Below, piece by piece: positions 1 through 15,000 of a stretch of DNA of 64,000 nt. The notes beneath the pieces were generated by a model that searched no databases, was not told the DNA's origin, and saw only the letters and a list, made by a program, of their open reading frames with translations. Location: contig OZ237752.1 of NCBI GenBank assembly GCA_965178125.1, positions 682,001 to 746,000 of the forward strand. The letters are read 5' to 3'. The position numbers were made by a program, and so were the translations under genes. The DNA is from Bilabrum cf. latius (lineage: Eukaryota). Every line of letters starts with the position of its first letter. Within the stretch, counting starts at the first letter, position 1.

Positions 1-3000
1 GCTGCCAGTCTACACGGCGAGGGTAAAGAGGACGAGGACGGACTGGCCACCGATGGTTCTCAAACCGCTGGTATTCTGGGATCGGGTGGTACCGCAGCCC
101 ATGGCGAACTGCACGGCGTGACAGGTTCCCCGAGCATGGAGTCGGAAGCTGCCGGTGTCGGTGAGAGCAAGACTGGAGACGGCGATACAGACTAGGGTGG
201 CCTCAGCAGCGCATCTGCAGCTGCTGCTGTTGCCCTCGTGGATGCGGTGCAAGATTCTGCTGCAGACGCTTCAACCCCCAGATAGGGGAGCGCTGCAGCT
301 GCTGCCATGCAGTTCTTGCCTGGCTGCCAACAAGATAGATCCATGGCAGAGCAGGCTGCGGTGGCGCTTGCGATCGGAAGGTCTGGAGCGATGTCGGGGG
401 GCCCTGGGCTCGAGGACTGGGCGCTATCGGTCGAACTACAGGCTGGCCACAACACTGGGACAAGCAGTGGCGTTTTCCCCACCTCGGAATAGTCAGTGAC
501 AGACGCATGCAGGGACTGCCTAATGGCTTGCCTTCCTGGTGCGGATGCGAGATCGCCGTCCAGTAGAAGCTGTGTGCCTGCTGTGTTGGCTGTCTGCGGC
601 CCAACTATTGCCCCCCTTCTCACCGATGCATCCGTCTGCGAAAGAATTATCGGCGCTGCTACAGCCGCAGTATCGCATGACTGTGGTGGTGAAACCGGCA
701 GCGCGGTCGCCTCCAGCGGCACTCTTGCCCTTGTACAAGCCGCCCTCCAGGCGATTACGTCCGCGGTTAGTCCTATCAACACGGGTGCGCCTGTTCAGTA
801 GAAGGCCGTAGTATTCGCCAATGCACTTGCAATTGCGCTCGGGAGTGCTGTCCTTGCTGCCAACGGTGATGACTCTAGCACGGCTTCCGCATTGGCAGCA
901 ATACCCATGAGCGGGTCGACAGGCATGATCGTGGCCGTGGACGAGGAAGGCACAAACGGACATACCAGCACCGCAAAGTATTTTGCCTTGGCACTAGAGA
1001 TTACAACATGCATTCTTGCCAGCGCGATTCGCAGTGACCCATCAGATGGCGCGGTGTCAGGATTCCCGGCAGTTCCATTGTGCGCCATTGTATGCGCGTC
1101 TGCCGTTGCTTCTTGGCCGAGTGGCAGCGCTCGACACCATACTGCTGCCAGAGTATGTATCTCGGGCTGCAACTCGTTGCGGCGGGCTGGCCTTGCGACC
1201 GCTGTAGGCAAATGCTGCCCTGGTATGGCTTCACAGGCAGCGCTGGCGCTGCTTTCAACTGTTTTGCGGGACGGCTGCAGCGATCTGATGCGCAGCGGAT
1301 CAGCCAGCGAGCTGCTAGTTGGGACTGCGATTGAGCTCCTCAGGGGTATCGCATCCGCACAAGACTTCTTCCCAGTTTCATCTGAAGTTGATCCTGCTGT
1401 CCTGCGTGCGAAGTGGTACACTGCAGCTGTTGATACCCTTACTGCGCTGCCTTCACTGGACAAGGGAGAGCACGAGGCGGTTGTCCATGCGCGCACCCTC
1501 GCAGAACTGGTCCAAACGGCTCCTAAAAGTGCGCCTGAAAGTGCTTCAGCTGCGAAGGCAGCGGCATTCATGGTGTTGTTGAGCCTCTCGGGCGACTCTA
1601 CCCTAGAGCACCTGGGTTGGAAGCTAGCATCTGGAGCGCTTGGAAGCACCGTGTCACCTGCCGCCGTTCAGGTCGGCGCGAGCGCACGGGCAACTCTACG
1701 CCTGGATGGAACGCCAAGCCATCCGCTTGCATCAGCATCCCCAGAGCTGATGGAGGAGCTGCAATCGGCCGTAGCTCGCGCCGTTTCCATGGCCGAGTCG
1801 AGTGCCCGGGCCTCTGTGAATGCCCTCACGGAGGGTTCGGACAGCTCCGATGACGACGAGGACGAGCACGATACAACTGGCAGGTACTCTGCAAGAAATT
1901 CGGTGAGACGCTCGAGCTCAGCTGCGCTGATTACCAAGCTATCTGGTTCCCGTGGCTGGTAGGACAGCTCGAAGCTTCCTGGCGCAGCGAGCGTCTTGGC
2001 TGCATTTGTGAGATCAGTTGCTGGCATGCGCGAGTTTGTTGGACCGATGCACGTGCCTTCGTGGTCTAAGCTCGGCAGCCCCCCGCTCTTCGAGCGACAA
2101 CGTATTCAAGCTAGCGATGATTCCGAGTCCGGTGCTATCCGTTCCATTGAAAACAACTGGCTGGCCGGACTTGCACTGAGCATTGCTACGGAACCACCCA
2201 TCCTGCTGGCTTCTACATCCGCTGCAGAAGGCACTGCAAGCGTTCAAGTTTATTTGCACAAGATCCCGCTCGCCATTCGCAACGCCTGCAGCATTCCACT
2301 GCACCCCGTCGAAGGCACCAGCAGAGCTGCTGCCATGTCCGGGGGCATGCTGCGTGTCGGCGGTCTCCTTCGCTTTGTGCTGTGCGCAGAATCCCCAAGT
2401 GACGACGCTGGTATTGTATCGAGCCTGCGGGTTTTGTGCGCGGGCCAAGCCTTCGGTCTTGAGGAGGAGGAGACAGCTTGCCTTTCGATGCAAACGAGCA
2501 TGCGGGCAGGCTGCAGAGCGGCAACTCTGGCAATGATACCGGTCGGTGCTGAGCTCAGTGATGACAAGCTGCTGCCAATGGTTGCAGGGCACGGCAGGTC
2601 AGGGGGCGCCTCTACAAGGGGCAGCACTCATGACAGTATTGATTCGGATCTTCCCAGGGCGAGGTTTCAAGGCTCGGCCGTGTCGCTTGCAGGGCTCTCC
2701 CTAGCTTCGGGCGCCGAGGTAGCGGCGGCTGGTCGGAAGCAAGGTGGATGTGAGACCCCCTTCCGATTTGCAGTGCGCGTGGCAAGGCCTGACGATGGCG
2801 CCCTCCCGGCCCTAGCAGATTCAGCAGCTGATTGCGCGGATGGGCCCACTGGACTTGAGGCTGCCAGTGCAGAGCTGAACCCTGGAGGTGGAATGGGCGT
2901 GCAACGCTCGGTAATTTTGTTTGCCTCGAGACAAGAAAATTATTTCCGACGGAAACGAGCGGGGCCTAGCTCTGGTTCACCGGGAGCTGGGGACTACTCG

Positions 3001-6000
3001 GGGCACTTGGGCAGGCAATAGGTTTCGGTCGATGTGGACGGATCGATTGAGGCCACTGTAAATCTGGTCCGGGCTACGCTAAAAAAGCATCAAAGCCACT
3101 AGAGGCAGCTCGCCGAGAACGCAGCTGCCATGGGCAGCGCTCCCAGATCGGTGCACTCGGACGCAATGATTGCAGCATCGTGCCGCGAGATCGCTGCCCA
3201 GCTTCGGAGGGAGGGCAGCGCGGTGATTCACAGGGGAAGCCCCAAGGCATGCCGCGACATGGCAATTCGGCTGACAATGAGCGGACTAAGGATCGTTATT
3301 GCGCCTACCTTTACTGCACCCAGCTCACAATTCAACGCGAGGAGCCCTGCTATGATGCACGAGGACTCCGTAGAGCCGAAAATCCCTGCAAACTACCTGT
3401 GGGTGGATCAGTCCAGTGCCCATGCCACAATGTAGCTGGTTGAATTGCTAGGGGGCTGGCTTCCAGCCGATCAGTAGGCTATATTTGCTGAATCGATGCT
3501 GAACGTGGTCGAGTCGTGTCCATTGGGCAAGAGTGCATGCAGCAGAGGTGTCGTGTCTCTGCTTGGTAGGCTCTTGGGTGCTCGCGGCCACGGCTTCCAG
3601 CCCCGCATCGGGGACCCCGTGATGGTAAGGGCTCCTGCTTTCGTTCCGTCGACTGGTGCCGCAACAAATTCCAACCCGGATGGCTGCTGGCCCGCCCTAC
3701 TGGTTGATTTCGACGTTCCAGCCGCGGCAGCGTGCGTTTCGTTGCAACCGGGAGGAGTGGGCGTTTGGGTGCCAGCAGGCTCCTTGTCTGCGATTACCCC
3801 AGCGGATCCACCGTCGCCTCAGTTTGGAGCCCTGGTAGCTGCTCGTCGTCTTCTCTTCAGCTCACACGCCGTGGCTGGTACGAAACTGGCGTAGGCTTGG
3901 ATCGCAGAGGCGCTCAAGACCCTTGATTCTCGCGTGTCGGCCGAAGGAGGGCAGCCAGCCTCCTATTCGTTCTTCTCAGATGACGCAAGCGTTCTCAAGT
4001 CAGAGGGTGCTGCCACGCATATCATGGACACGTCGCTTACGAAGGTGCGGCTTGCGCAAGTGGCTGACGTGCTCGCAGCCATGGCTGAAACAGCTGCGCG
4101 AAGCAGCGACTCTCCATCGCTATCCATCTCATCAGTGCTGCAGGAGTCGGTAGCTCGCAAGCCTGCTGCATGGAACAGTCTTCTTGCTAACGCTGCGGCA
4201 TCCACTGCAGCGAGTGTCGTTGCTGCTGATTTGGAGCTCATAGCGATGCACGGCCCACCCAATGCTGGGTTGGGCGCATGCCCGCCAATCATACAGCAGT
4301 CGCGCCACTAGCGAATTCAAGTCGCGATCGACGATGCTCACCAACCTGCATACTCGTATGGCAGATCGCACCCTCTTCGGCAGGTTTTGCCTCTGCCAAC
4401 TAACCCGCTCGCTGGTCACGGCACGGCTGGCCCTGTCACTCACGACTCCTCTGGCGAAGTTGCGCATCGCATTTAGCAGGCACTATAGGGCCGGGCCAAA
4501 CTAAGCTAGTCTGGAATCGATGGGCCGCAGTCAAACGGGTCATCTGGCTAGCTTCAGACTTATATTGCGAGCTTGGTTGCCGCGCATGCAGCCGTGCAGC
4601 GCAGTGCAATGTCCACACAATGCTAGCATTGGGCTTCACAGGCGGGCTCGCCAGGCAATCCGCAGCGGGTCGACAACGTTAACAACGCCGTGCCAACGGA
4701 TGCCAACGGGCCTCGCCAATGGCTGGCTGCTCTGGAAGAATCGGTCGTTTGGGCGTCCTCTGCTGCATCACTGCCTATGCTTGGTTACATGCCGGCCGAG
4801 CTACGTGTTGAGATAGAGAATGCTTTGGCGTCTGCAGCAAGGGACGGAGATCATACAGCTGAAGCGAATGAAGGTGCTGCGGCCGCTGGTAAGAGTGCGT
4901 TCTTGACACGCAAGCGGGCAGCGCGCCGGAATGCGCCGCCAAACGTACACTTTCGGGGCGAGTCGCTTGGCGTGGATGCACCGCGAGCGTGGCAAATGGT
5001 GGTCGAAGGTGCTGTCGGTCGGCGTTCCAGCTCCGGCAACGTTTCGCTCGTCCCCTGGGCTGCCTTTGCTGGCTTTCACCACCGTGACGAAGACGTTCGT
5101 AGGGGAGAAAAGGTCCCACCAAACTCCAGATCTACCGAACCAGTGGTGCTGTCCACGGCTCTGCCTGTGCCCGTATACGAGACCATTCGAAGCTCGATCG
5201 TTGACCACGATGCGTCTGTCCAATCGGACAAAGAGGCCATTGACAGCTCGCCGACGGTGTAGGAGCCGAGCGCAGTGTACTATTTCGAGGTGGTCGCGGT
5301 GCCCAACCTGCCTCAGGTAGAGGCAGCCGTTGAACGGCAGAAGCAACACAGGCAGCAAAGGGCCATTAGCTCGAGGTCAGGCAGGCCGCAGCCGTTGCAG
5401 TCCCACGAGGCACAGCCTAGAGACGTGCCTGATGTCAAGGTCGGCCTCTGGAGCGAACAGGCCGCTGCACGGAGCAGGCACGGCCTCGAGTGGGGCGAGG
5501 GCTCCGTCGCGTACAACGTTACGACGGGTCAGAAGGAGCGGTTTGTTCCTCTCGCAAGGTGCTCTTCGGCCGCAGGCAAGGCCGGTAAGTCTGCCATATC
5601 TGAGAGCGTTGAGGAGGACGTGGCCTGGGACCAGTCATTCAATGCGTCTGCGGTCACCTCGCTTGCCGACTGCCTGCAGGCCCTAGGCAATGCTGTGCGT
5701 GTACTGGCTCGACTAACCACAAGCCCTCAGTAGGCCGGGAAGGGCGATTCTAGAGCGGCCGCGGGTGCTGCAGCTAGCGGTGTAGGGGAGAGCAAGGAGC
5801 AGGAAGGAGGCGGCGGCAGCAAGGAGGCAGACTCTGACCTGGACGACGGAGGAGATGAAGAGGTCCGGTAGGCAGGGCCAAGCGCCACAGCCGAGGAGAT
5901 AGCCACTGCAGAAAACGCCGTGAAGAAGCTACGCGTAAGGCTGCAGGCGCTAATGCGTGGGATAGGTGAGGGCAGCGAGCCGGTGGAGCCGCTAGGAAAC

Positions 6001-9000
6001 AAGCGGATATGTCTGGAGCTCGGCATGCCTCTCGACGTGAAGGACTTGGAGGGACGAATTATGTGGCGACCAGCTGAAATCATCGGCCTCAAGTTCCAGG
6101 ACGGCCAGGTGATTGGAATGGCCGACAAAGGCGGGAAGCTGGCCTACGATGCTGCACCTCGCGGGCACGTCGAAGAGCCAACAGGGGCCGTCTCACAGGT
6201 TCTTGTGCACTTCAACGGTTGGGAGTCGAACTGGGACGAATGGATCGATGTCTAGGCGTGTGAAGAGAAGCATGCACCTCCTTCTGTTAACTCTTCGAGT
6301 GAATTAGCGTAGATCGACAGGGGTACTGGCTCGGTGGCATCACGAGGCATAGGATCCCCCGTCCGGAGGCGCCCCGATGGGTCCCTTGTGCGTGGCTCTT
6401 CAGGGTCCGCGCTTGGCACGCCACCCCGTCCAGAGACGCATGGCCCTCCGTCACGAAGCACGCCCCGCATTGCGGTGCGTCGCCCGACCGAGGCAGAGCT
6501 GGCCCAGGAGCAGAGGCGACAGCGCAGGCGGCCGCAGCTCAGCGCCGCCCAGGAGCGCCGCATCCTGACGATGCTGCAGCCCATGGGCATCGATTCGTCT
6601 GCCTTGCGCGAAATACTGTCGCAGGGGCGCGAGAGCCAGACGAGAAGGGGCCCCATGGGCGAGATGCTCAGCCGCTTGATTTAGCACGTAGTCGGTGACC
6701 TGGGAGGGGAGGACCTCAAGTCAGAGGAATCGAAGGTTAGGCTCGCGCCCAGGGGGTCCAACACGCCTACCGGGCCCCGGTCCGGCTTCATGAGACGCGA
6801 GCCGTACGGCATTCGCAGGCGGCTCCTGAACCTACCCGGGGAGCACGGGAGCTTGGATGACCTAGTGGCTTACCTGCGGAGGCGTCGTCACAAGTCCACA
6901 GCTCAAGGTATGCACTCACCTGGATTCGTGGATAGTAGTGGTATGATGAACGGCGAAGAGGACGAGGACGAGGATGACGAGGACGAGTGGGAGCGTGACT
7001 CTCCCGCGGCAGGTGACTCTGGCCGGCCAGGGAGCAGGAGCAGCAGCGTCCGCAGCAAGTCGTTGCGATTCGGCGACGGCCTCCTCAGCACAAAATCGCC
7101 TGCTCGCCTAGCACTGCAGGGCGTCCCAAATAGTCCCCCTGTTGGTGAAGACGGGATGGAGCGGCTTGAGGCGCTGCCGCCTGGGGCCACCGTGATTGGT
7201 TGCGCCTGGGATGTGCTTCGTGGGGAGGTTCGGTACGCTGTAGACGGCATGGATCAAGGCGTGGCGTTCCGGGGCGTCTACGGCAGGCTGCACCCAGCCG
7301 TGTCCGTGACCAATTCAATGGTATCAGTGTCTCTTAACACAGGGCAAGGGCCGTTCTACTTCGCCCCACCAGTGCGCCGCGAGACAGGCGATGGACCCAG
7401 CCCCCGTTCCGTGCCTCGCCAGAGCCTCGGATCTCCCGCAGACGCCTCCGCGAGGAGATCATCCCGATCCTCTTCGGGCACGGGCGCAAGCATGGGGCTT
7501 GATGCCATCACCCCGCCGTCAGAAATGTCAGCTACTGACGCGAGGCTGCAGGATCTGCCCCTGGTCATGCGAGACGCCGTGTCAGACATTTTGTCCCTGC
7601 ACGAACGCGCCACGACGAGCCTGCTGCACAGGGTGTCTGGCAGGGCAAAAGAGGTGTCGAGGATAAGGAGAGGTACAAGGTCATTGCGTCGTATTGCAGC
7701 ATCAGACACGGCTCGGAGGAGAAACCTTGCCATGGAGCTGCAAGAATTCCTGCCAGGCGTGGGCATGGGTCACCTAATGCGGCTGCTGCGGCAGTGCAAC
7801 GACAACAAGCAGCACGCGGCCGAAGTGGCCCTGCACCGCGCCGAGCAGATGATGGGCCCGGACTTGGAAGCGGAAGTGAGGGGAGAGGAGGACAAGCAGC
7901 ACATCGTCGCGACGTTTGGCCCTGGTGTCGAAGGAGGCTCTGGTGCTACTGGGGTCCGTTACCTGCACCACAACTCGGGCGCGTTCGGCGGGCGCCCGCC
8001 CCGTTTCCCCGGCCTGAACGGTGTGCTTGTTATAGCCGACCCACCCATGCTAGAGCAGCCGATGCAGAACGCTAGCTAGGCAGAGGGCAACATCGTGCTG
8101 TGCCACAGGGGTCGCTGCACCTTCCTTGACAAAGCCAGGCACGCCCAAGCAGCGGGAGCTGCTGCCATCATCATCGCAAGCGATGACGACACCGTGTTCA
8201 TACCTGATGCTGGCGATGACCCAGCGGATGACGTCACCATACCGGTGCTGATGGTAAGCCGCCCGGAGGCAGAGGTACTCGAGGCTGCAAAGCGCACCAT
8301 TTAGGGGCGGGGAAGAGAAGGACCGATGCTACAAATTTCCATCGGGCTGTATCCGCCAGACGGGACCGTGGAGACTGGCGAGGCAGGAGATGCAGCTGCC
8401 ACGGGTCGGACCCGGGCGAGGACGGGCTCATCTGTTGCAGGCTCTCGGGTCGATGACGAGTGCGATACAGCGGAGGAGGCTGAGGGCGACGCGGTGTGCG
8501 GTCCCGGCCCGTGCGTGCTGTGGTCAGAAGCCAGAGCCGCCGACTTGAGAGCGATTGCATCGCGCCTGCGCCAGGGCAGCGCAAAGGAAGCCCATACGAG
8601 GTTTTCAGCTGGAGCATCGTCACCTGATAGCAGGGTTCTGTCTGCCGCTAGCTATGATGTTCCGCTTAAGGGCGTAGCCACCGCCGACTCGGTGATGCGA
8701 ACTGGGCTGAGGAGGCGGTGGTCAAGTAGGCCGACGCTGAAGGACCTTGGACTGGTGCTACCGCCTGGGCCGGACTACTTTGCAACCAAGGGTGGCATGC
8801 TGCTGCGAGCACCACCAAACACGCTGTGGTCGCAGGACGCGGATGGAATGTCGATTGGAGACACGCGCGTCAAAGTGGTCGGCCCTGGTTACATCCCACC
8901 CGGACAGGTCCCAGAGCGGCTGGGTGCCGACTACCTACACTCGTCACCCGGCGTCATGCTCCGGTCGACGGATGCAATTCTCAAAGCGGCAAATCCTTCT

Positions 9001-12000
9001 CTCCTGAGGGCTGCTGGCGAGGACAGCGACGAAGATGGTGAAGGCATGGCTGACAGCGAGTTCGCTTCGGGCGCTGGTGCTGGGGGTGCCGCAAGCGGTG
9101 CCAGCGCTAGCTCACCGTCGAAGCACGATGCCTTCATTGCCTCAAGGGATTGGCTGACCAGAGGCTACATCGCTGCGCACGGCCACCTGCTACTGGTAAG
9201 CTCCAAGGGAAATCATGGCGCGCCAAGCGGTAACGCTGGAGAAGAAGCTTCACCAATCGTCGGTAGCGTGATTGGCACTCCCCGCTGGTCTCTGCCGCAG
9301 CCTCTGCTACACGTTAGCGACCCCGTTGAGGTCGGTTAGACACAGCAGGATGAGTCAGGTCCGGGCAGCGGCCCAGGGCAAGGTCGCCCCGGGACTGCAA
9401 CATCGAGGTTGTAGGGTGGCGGCAGGCAGTCTCGGAGGCGACAAGCTGAGGCTCAGTGGATGGCTCAAATTCAGCTTCAGTTACAGCAGCGAAGGGTACC
9501 TGAGGTGCTTGCGCAGTAGATCTTCGGATTGCTGCAGTCCGGAGGCGAAAACAACGAGGCGATGGCGCGCGTGCTGCTTCAGGACCATGGCCTGCAGCTC
9601 CCCGCAAGGCCTGCAGTGGAGGATGAGGAGGAACAGAGCAGTGATGCTGGCTCAGAGGCGGCCCAAGGAGCTGCCGGTGGTGGTGCACCAGGCACGCCTG
9701 GTGACGATCACTCGCCGGTTCCTGGCGCTGCGGCTGCGTCCCCTGGCGGCACACGTCCGGTCGGGTCCAGATCTCCAGGCCTCGGCCCCGCAACCCCTCA
9801 AGCACAGCCGTTCGCGTCGCCGACCTTGGGTCCGAACACAGGCTCTGCCCGCATGTCCGGCGGGCCACATCCGCATCCCACACCGTCCCCTTCCCTTCGG
9901 CCGTTCATGTCACCCTCTGGGTCTGCAATGGTGCCTGGCAGCGCGCAGCTGGGTGCATCGCAGCGATAGGCAGCCAGGTCATTCGCGACCATCCACGGTG
10001 CCGATGCAGCGGGCCATGGCTCCTGGCAAGAGGGTAGTGACACGGCAGCCGGAGCTGCGTGTGCTGGCAGTGTCCTTGGCTGGTTTGCGGAAGCTATGTC
10101 AATTTCTCGGGACGATGCCATCGTGTTGGCTGAGCCCAGCGCACAGCACACTGACGCAGAGGATGGGTAGGCAGCCAGTGGTGGTGCAAGTGCTTCAGCG
10201 GGTGAAGCGAGGGGTGCCGCATTTGATGCTGCAGGTGGGAGTTCTGCGCTCGAATCACCTGGAATCGACCGCGAGTCCGCGTTGGTTTCGCGGTCCATCT
10301 CTGCTGCTGTCGGCGCTGCCCTTCGCTCTACTGGCGGGACAGCTTATCGCCTCTTGTCCGGCGGCTTTGATGAGATTTAGCAGAGCTGGGCGTCGCTTCG
10401 ACTAGCTGGTCGCACTCGGGCGGAGCGTCGCTTGGCTCTGTCCCTCCCCTCCGCTTCGAGGGGCTCGCACAGCTCCAGCGATCGCAGAGAGCGAGTCATG
10501 GCTTCGGCAACGGCGCTGGCTGACGAATCGCTCATCACAGAGGCATACGACCTGCAGGTGCTGCGTGCCAGGGTGGCTGGAGGTGGTGCTCCGTCTGCGG
10601 TTCCGCGCTGTTTGAGTGTGGAGGAGCTGAGCCTAGGCCAGGAGGTCATCTTGGCTGTGCCCGACCCTTGCGTGCTAGGACGGCTGGCTGCTCTCCAGAT
10701 TCAGAGTGCGAATAAAGCTGTAGGCCAGCAAGATGAGTCCCTTCTGAGAACGTCTCGAGCAGCATCGCTTCCTACCTAGTGCAACGAAAGCGCCTTGGCT
10801 GGGGCTGGGAAGCGCAGTGGAGTCGCGGATGATGCCCCGTCAGCTGCCTCGTTGATAGCCGACAGCACAAGTGCCGACGGCACTGTGGGCAACGTGCCGC
10901 CGCAGAGCCTGCCCCCGCATGCCCCCGTGCGATCGCTATTCAAGAACGGCCATCTGTATGATGGTCACATTACCAAGATACGGGTGCTGCGAGGACCCAA
11001 CCGCGAGCGTGGTGCGCGACGTATTGCGAGGCAACGGTCGAAGGAAGCTTTCAGGGCTGCGGAGGCGAGAGGCAACAGCTCCTTGGGTGCCTTGCAGGGA
11101 GCCGACGTGCAGGCACCTGCTCGTGGCTGGTGGTTCGCCTACGATGTGAAGTACGATGATGGTGACCTGGAAGAGTACGTCACTCCGGACAGGATGATGC
11201 TGCACTCGGCGAGAACTGATCCGGTCCCAGTGGCCCACATAGAGTTGGGTCGGGTGCGAATCGTGTCCATCGGCCCGGGTGCACAGGCGTAGGAACATGA
11301 CAGCTCGAACGTTCGAAGCGCTATGGAGCGTCGAGACCCGCGAGTTGCCGCTCTGTCCCATGGGCTTGCCCTAGATGCCCCGACTGGTAGTAAGACCCCG
11401 GGGTGGGTGCGGCTGGGTTTACGAGACGGCTTGTCTGGGATGGGTCGCATGTTCGCGGCTGCTGCAGGCGTATCTCGTGCCGGCGCCGGTGCGGGCGGTT
11501 CACAGCACGCAGCGAGCGCTTCGTTCGGCAGCCTGAGCTCCATCCGTTGCAGCGTTGCAGACGTTGACAAGCAGAGCGGCATGGCTCTGGTATGCGCGAT
11601 CGAAGGCAATGGCGGGTCTGTTGGTGCATGGTGGGTGCCTGCACAAGCCTTGCGGCTGCCGGGCAGCTCGTGGACTGCCTGGCCAACCTCCCGGCACGCC
11701 CAGCTGTCCAAGCTGCCTGGAGGGAACGTTCTGGTAAAGGCCAACTTGGGCATGCTGAGGAACGCAGCTCGAGGCGGCTCCACCTCCGCTGTGCATGCTA
11801 TCACCAGCGTGCTCGGCGCGATGCTGCAGCAGCCGTGCAAGCGAGTATCGGAGGTGGCAGATATGGCGGCTGCAGGCAGCGCACTGGATGCGTGCATGTG
11901 GCTGGCGTGCCTTGTAGTGGATGTGAAATCGCCTACAGTTCCTGTCGCAATCGCACCAGGACCTGTGGCGTAGGATGTAATGCGCCTGATTGCTATGGCT

Positions 12001-15000
12001 AGGGCGGCTAGCTGCTGGTCGGGCCTGGAAAACCAGCTGAATTCCTCTCGTGATTCGGCTTTCGCGCGACTCATGTCGCCTGAGACCTTGGTGCAAGTCC
12101 TCCAGCACTGCCCAGATGCCTTAGCAGAGGCGGTGCTTCTGGCAACGGCGGCGTCAGGCACCTCTGCTCGGTCGGTCAACGTAGAGGACACTCACGTCGT
12201 GGCCCAGGCCACTGGTGCACTTCCCGAGGAGTCAAGCGTCGGCCCCGACAACGCATTCGGGCTCCGAGTCATGGAACCCAAGGCACTGCTCTCCCCTCTC
12301 ACGAGCTACTCTGGAGCCTCTGCCTCGGTGGTGATAGAGGTTCGCGGTGGAAAGCGAGGTGTGCACCGCCCCGGGCGTGAGGGCCAGGCGGTCGTTGCTG
12401 TTACCGCGCAGCCACCCCCGGCCTCCATCGTGGTGATCGACGAGAATTCGGGTCCTGAGAGACTGGCGCAGGTCCCCAGACACCCGTCAAAGCGGCTGTC
12501 AAGGCAATTGTACGAGATGGTCAGCAGGGGCCGCAGCGCCAGCGCCACGGTAGCTGCTTTTGGCATCTACGAGGATCGTGATGACAGTGGATCTCAGGTC
12601 CACGGCCGCGTGGAGGCTCTCGATGGGACAGTCGAAGTGTCTGCTCGATTCGTTGGCAGAGCAGGTGCTGGCCTGTGGGCCGCGTTTGGCGAGAGCACGG
12701 ACGACCGCCCAGAATTCGTGGATCTTTGGGCCATACCTGACGGCTGGAAGGCTGCCATGCATGCGTGCAGAGTGCTGCTTGGGCTGCCGAAAGAGCAGCT
12801 AGTTCGGATTGAGCAGGCTGTATTCTCGGTCGTAGAGGCCCTGACTGTGGCGACTGTGGCCCTGCAAGGTAACGTGAACAAGTCAACGAGCAGCGCCTGG
12901 AATGGAGTTGGAGACGATGACTCCGTGCTCGCGCTTCCAAGCGTCGCCAGAGCAGAGGCAATGCACCTTGCGCAGGCCCTGACGAGGCGTCTTAGCGCAA
13001 AATCCAAGCCGCTTTCGTTCTAGAGGCACCACCTGGTGACTCAAGACAGCGAGGCCATGCGAAGCGTCCTCCCACTCTGGTTGGGCAGCGCCGGTGCCAC
13101 AGACGACGGCGACGGCGCTCCGTTCAATTACGTACAGACGGTCGGTGCGCTCGTGGAGTCGGGTAACACGGACATGCTTGCGCTGCTAGGTGCCCTGTCT
13201 CACTCTTGCAGGTCCATCTGTGGTCAAGCCATGGCGGGTTTGACGTGGCCTGGAGATGTGGAGACCCGGCTGGTTGCTCCCGAGGAGCCTGACCAGCAGC
13301 CAAAGGAAGCCTTTGGTTCTTCGGCATCTGTGGACTTGGCAGTACAGGCGGTCCAGGAGGGCCGAGCTGCGAGTAATACGGTTAAGTTTGCTATCCACAG
13401 GGCTGCTAGCGTTCGAAATCTGCTGAACGTGGTCGGCAAGATGCACCGTGCCAGCTCTGCGAGTTCCGCCGGTGCATTGGAGGGAATGCCCATGTGGGTG
13501 ATTGCGCTTGCGGCTAACTTGGCACCTGGTGACGCTGACCTGGTTAGTTCTACTGCAAGAGACTTTGCTTCCGCCTCCGCCTCCTCTTCCGGAGCTGGCG
13601 ACTAGGGCGATGCATCTGAAGTGTGCTGGACGCGTGATATGGACTTGTGCGTGATGCAGCTGGCTCATGCCGTGGCAGAAGCCGTTGCTGATTCGCGTGC
13701 AGATCGTGTGCTGCGTCCTGGGGCCTCCGCTAGCCTGCTGTCATCCACCTACCCAGAGCCATCAGCATCTGAGAAGGCTGCTGCGCTAGAGAAAAGGGAG
13801 GAACAGCTCAACGGGTAGGGTGAGGTGGCGTGGGGCGGGTGGCTGCGTGCGGCAGGCCGCGAGGACTCTGCAGACATTTCAACGGAAGGCCTAGCACACG
13901 CCCTTCCACTGGCACTCAAGCTGCCTGCCAGGGCCATTCACCCAGCCGCGAGTCAGGAACACTACTCGAGCTCATTAGAACGGACCAGGAGGCTTGCCCG
14001 GGAGTGCAGGCTGGCCCTCGCCCGTGTTCTTGGTGTGGCCGCCACTGGCAGTTCCGAGGCGGCGTTGGAAGACGCTCTCTGCGGTGATGAGGCTGTGCAG
14101 TCATTCAAAACCAAATTTGCGGCTCTCCGCGAGGTAAATGGTGCTGAATTGAGCAGGCGGTATCTCGTGCTCAGCACGATTGGGGCCAAGGTATTCGAGT
14201 ACATGCCGGATCTGGTCGCGCTGGGACTCGCGGGGGATTGCAGTGGCCTCTAGCACTGCGCGCTCCCGTACCAGTCAGACGCCTTATTGTCTGACTCATC
14301 CAGCACCTCCACGCGACGATCAGCAACAAAGTCCATTGCTCAGTCTGCCATGTACGCCAGCAGCCTGCACCTCCACTTGAGGCTATCTGGCTCCTTGCCG
14401 GGGGATGATGCGGGCGCACCCACTGGGTCCATTGACCTCCTCCGGCGAATGTTGCCTGCCGACGCAGACGCTATACACGGTGCAATTGGACTGGGTCCGA
14501 GGCACGGCTCGATGCTGTCTCAGCAGCTAGCCAGCGTGCTACCCCTCGGGGCAAGGGAAGGCTGGTGGTCGGCAGCTATGCATGCCACGGCAGTGACTGA
14601 AGCGAGCAAGCGGCCCCTGTTCCGAATCAACCGATTCAAGGCGCACGCGCCTGCTGCAGCCGGTACCAAGAACAGCGTGCTCGGCCAGCTGCTTGGCCAG
14701 TTGCTCAAGATTCACCCGGTGCAGCTGCGAGCAGTGCAGGCGTCCCCCCATCTGCCCTACGAAGTGAAACTCTCCGGGGAGAGGGTGGTCGGAGAGACGG
14801 GGCCTTTCAGGGAGGTGCTGGCCGATCTCTCGCACGACCTGACGCCGCCCTAGCTGGTCACCAAGCTGTCCATCACTGAGATCAGCAAGGGCTCGGATGG
14901 TGACTCAGGACGGGAAGAAGGTGGGCCAGAGGATACGGCGTCCGCGGCATCAGAATCGTCAAGAGCCCAAACCAGCCCTCACCCGCACCTTAGTGCGATG

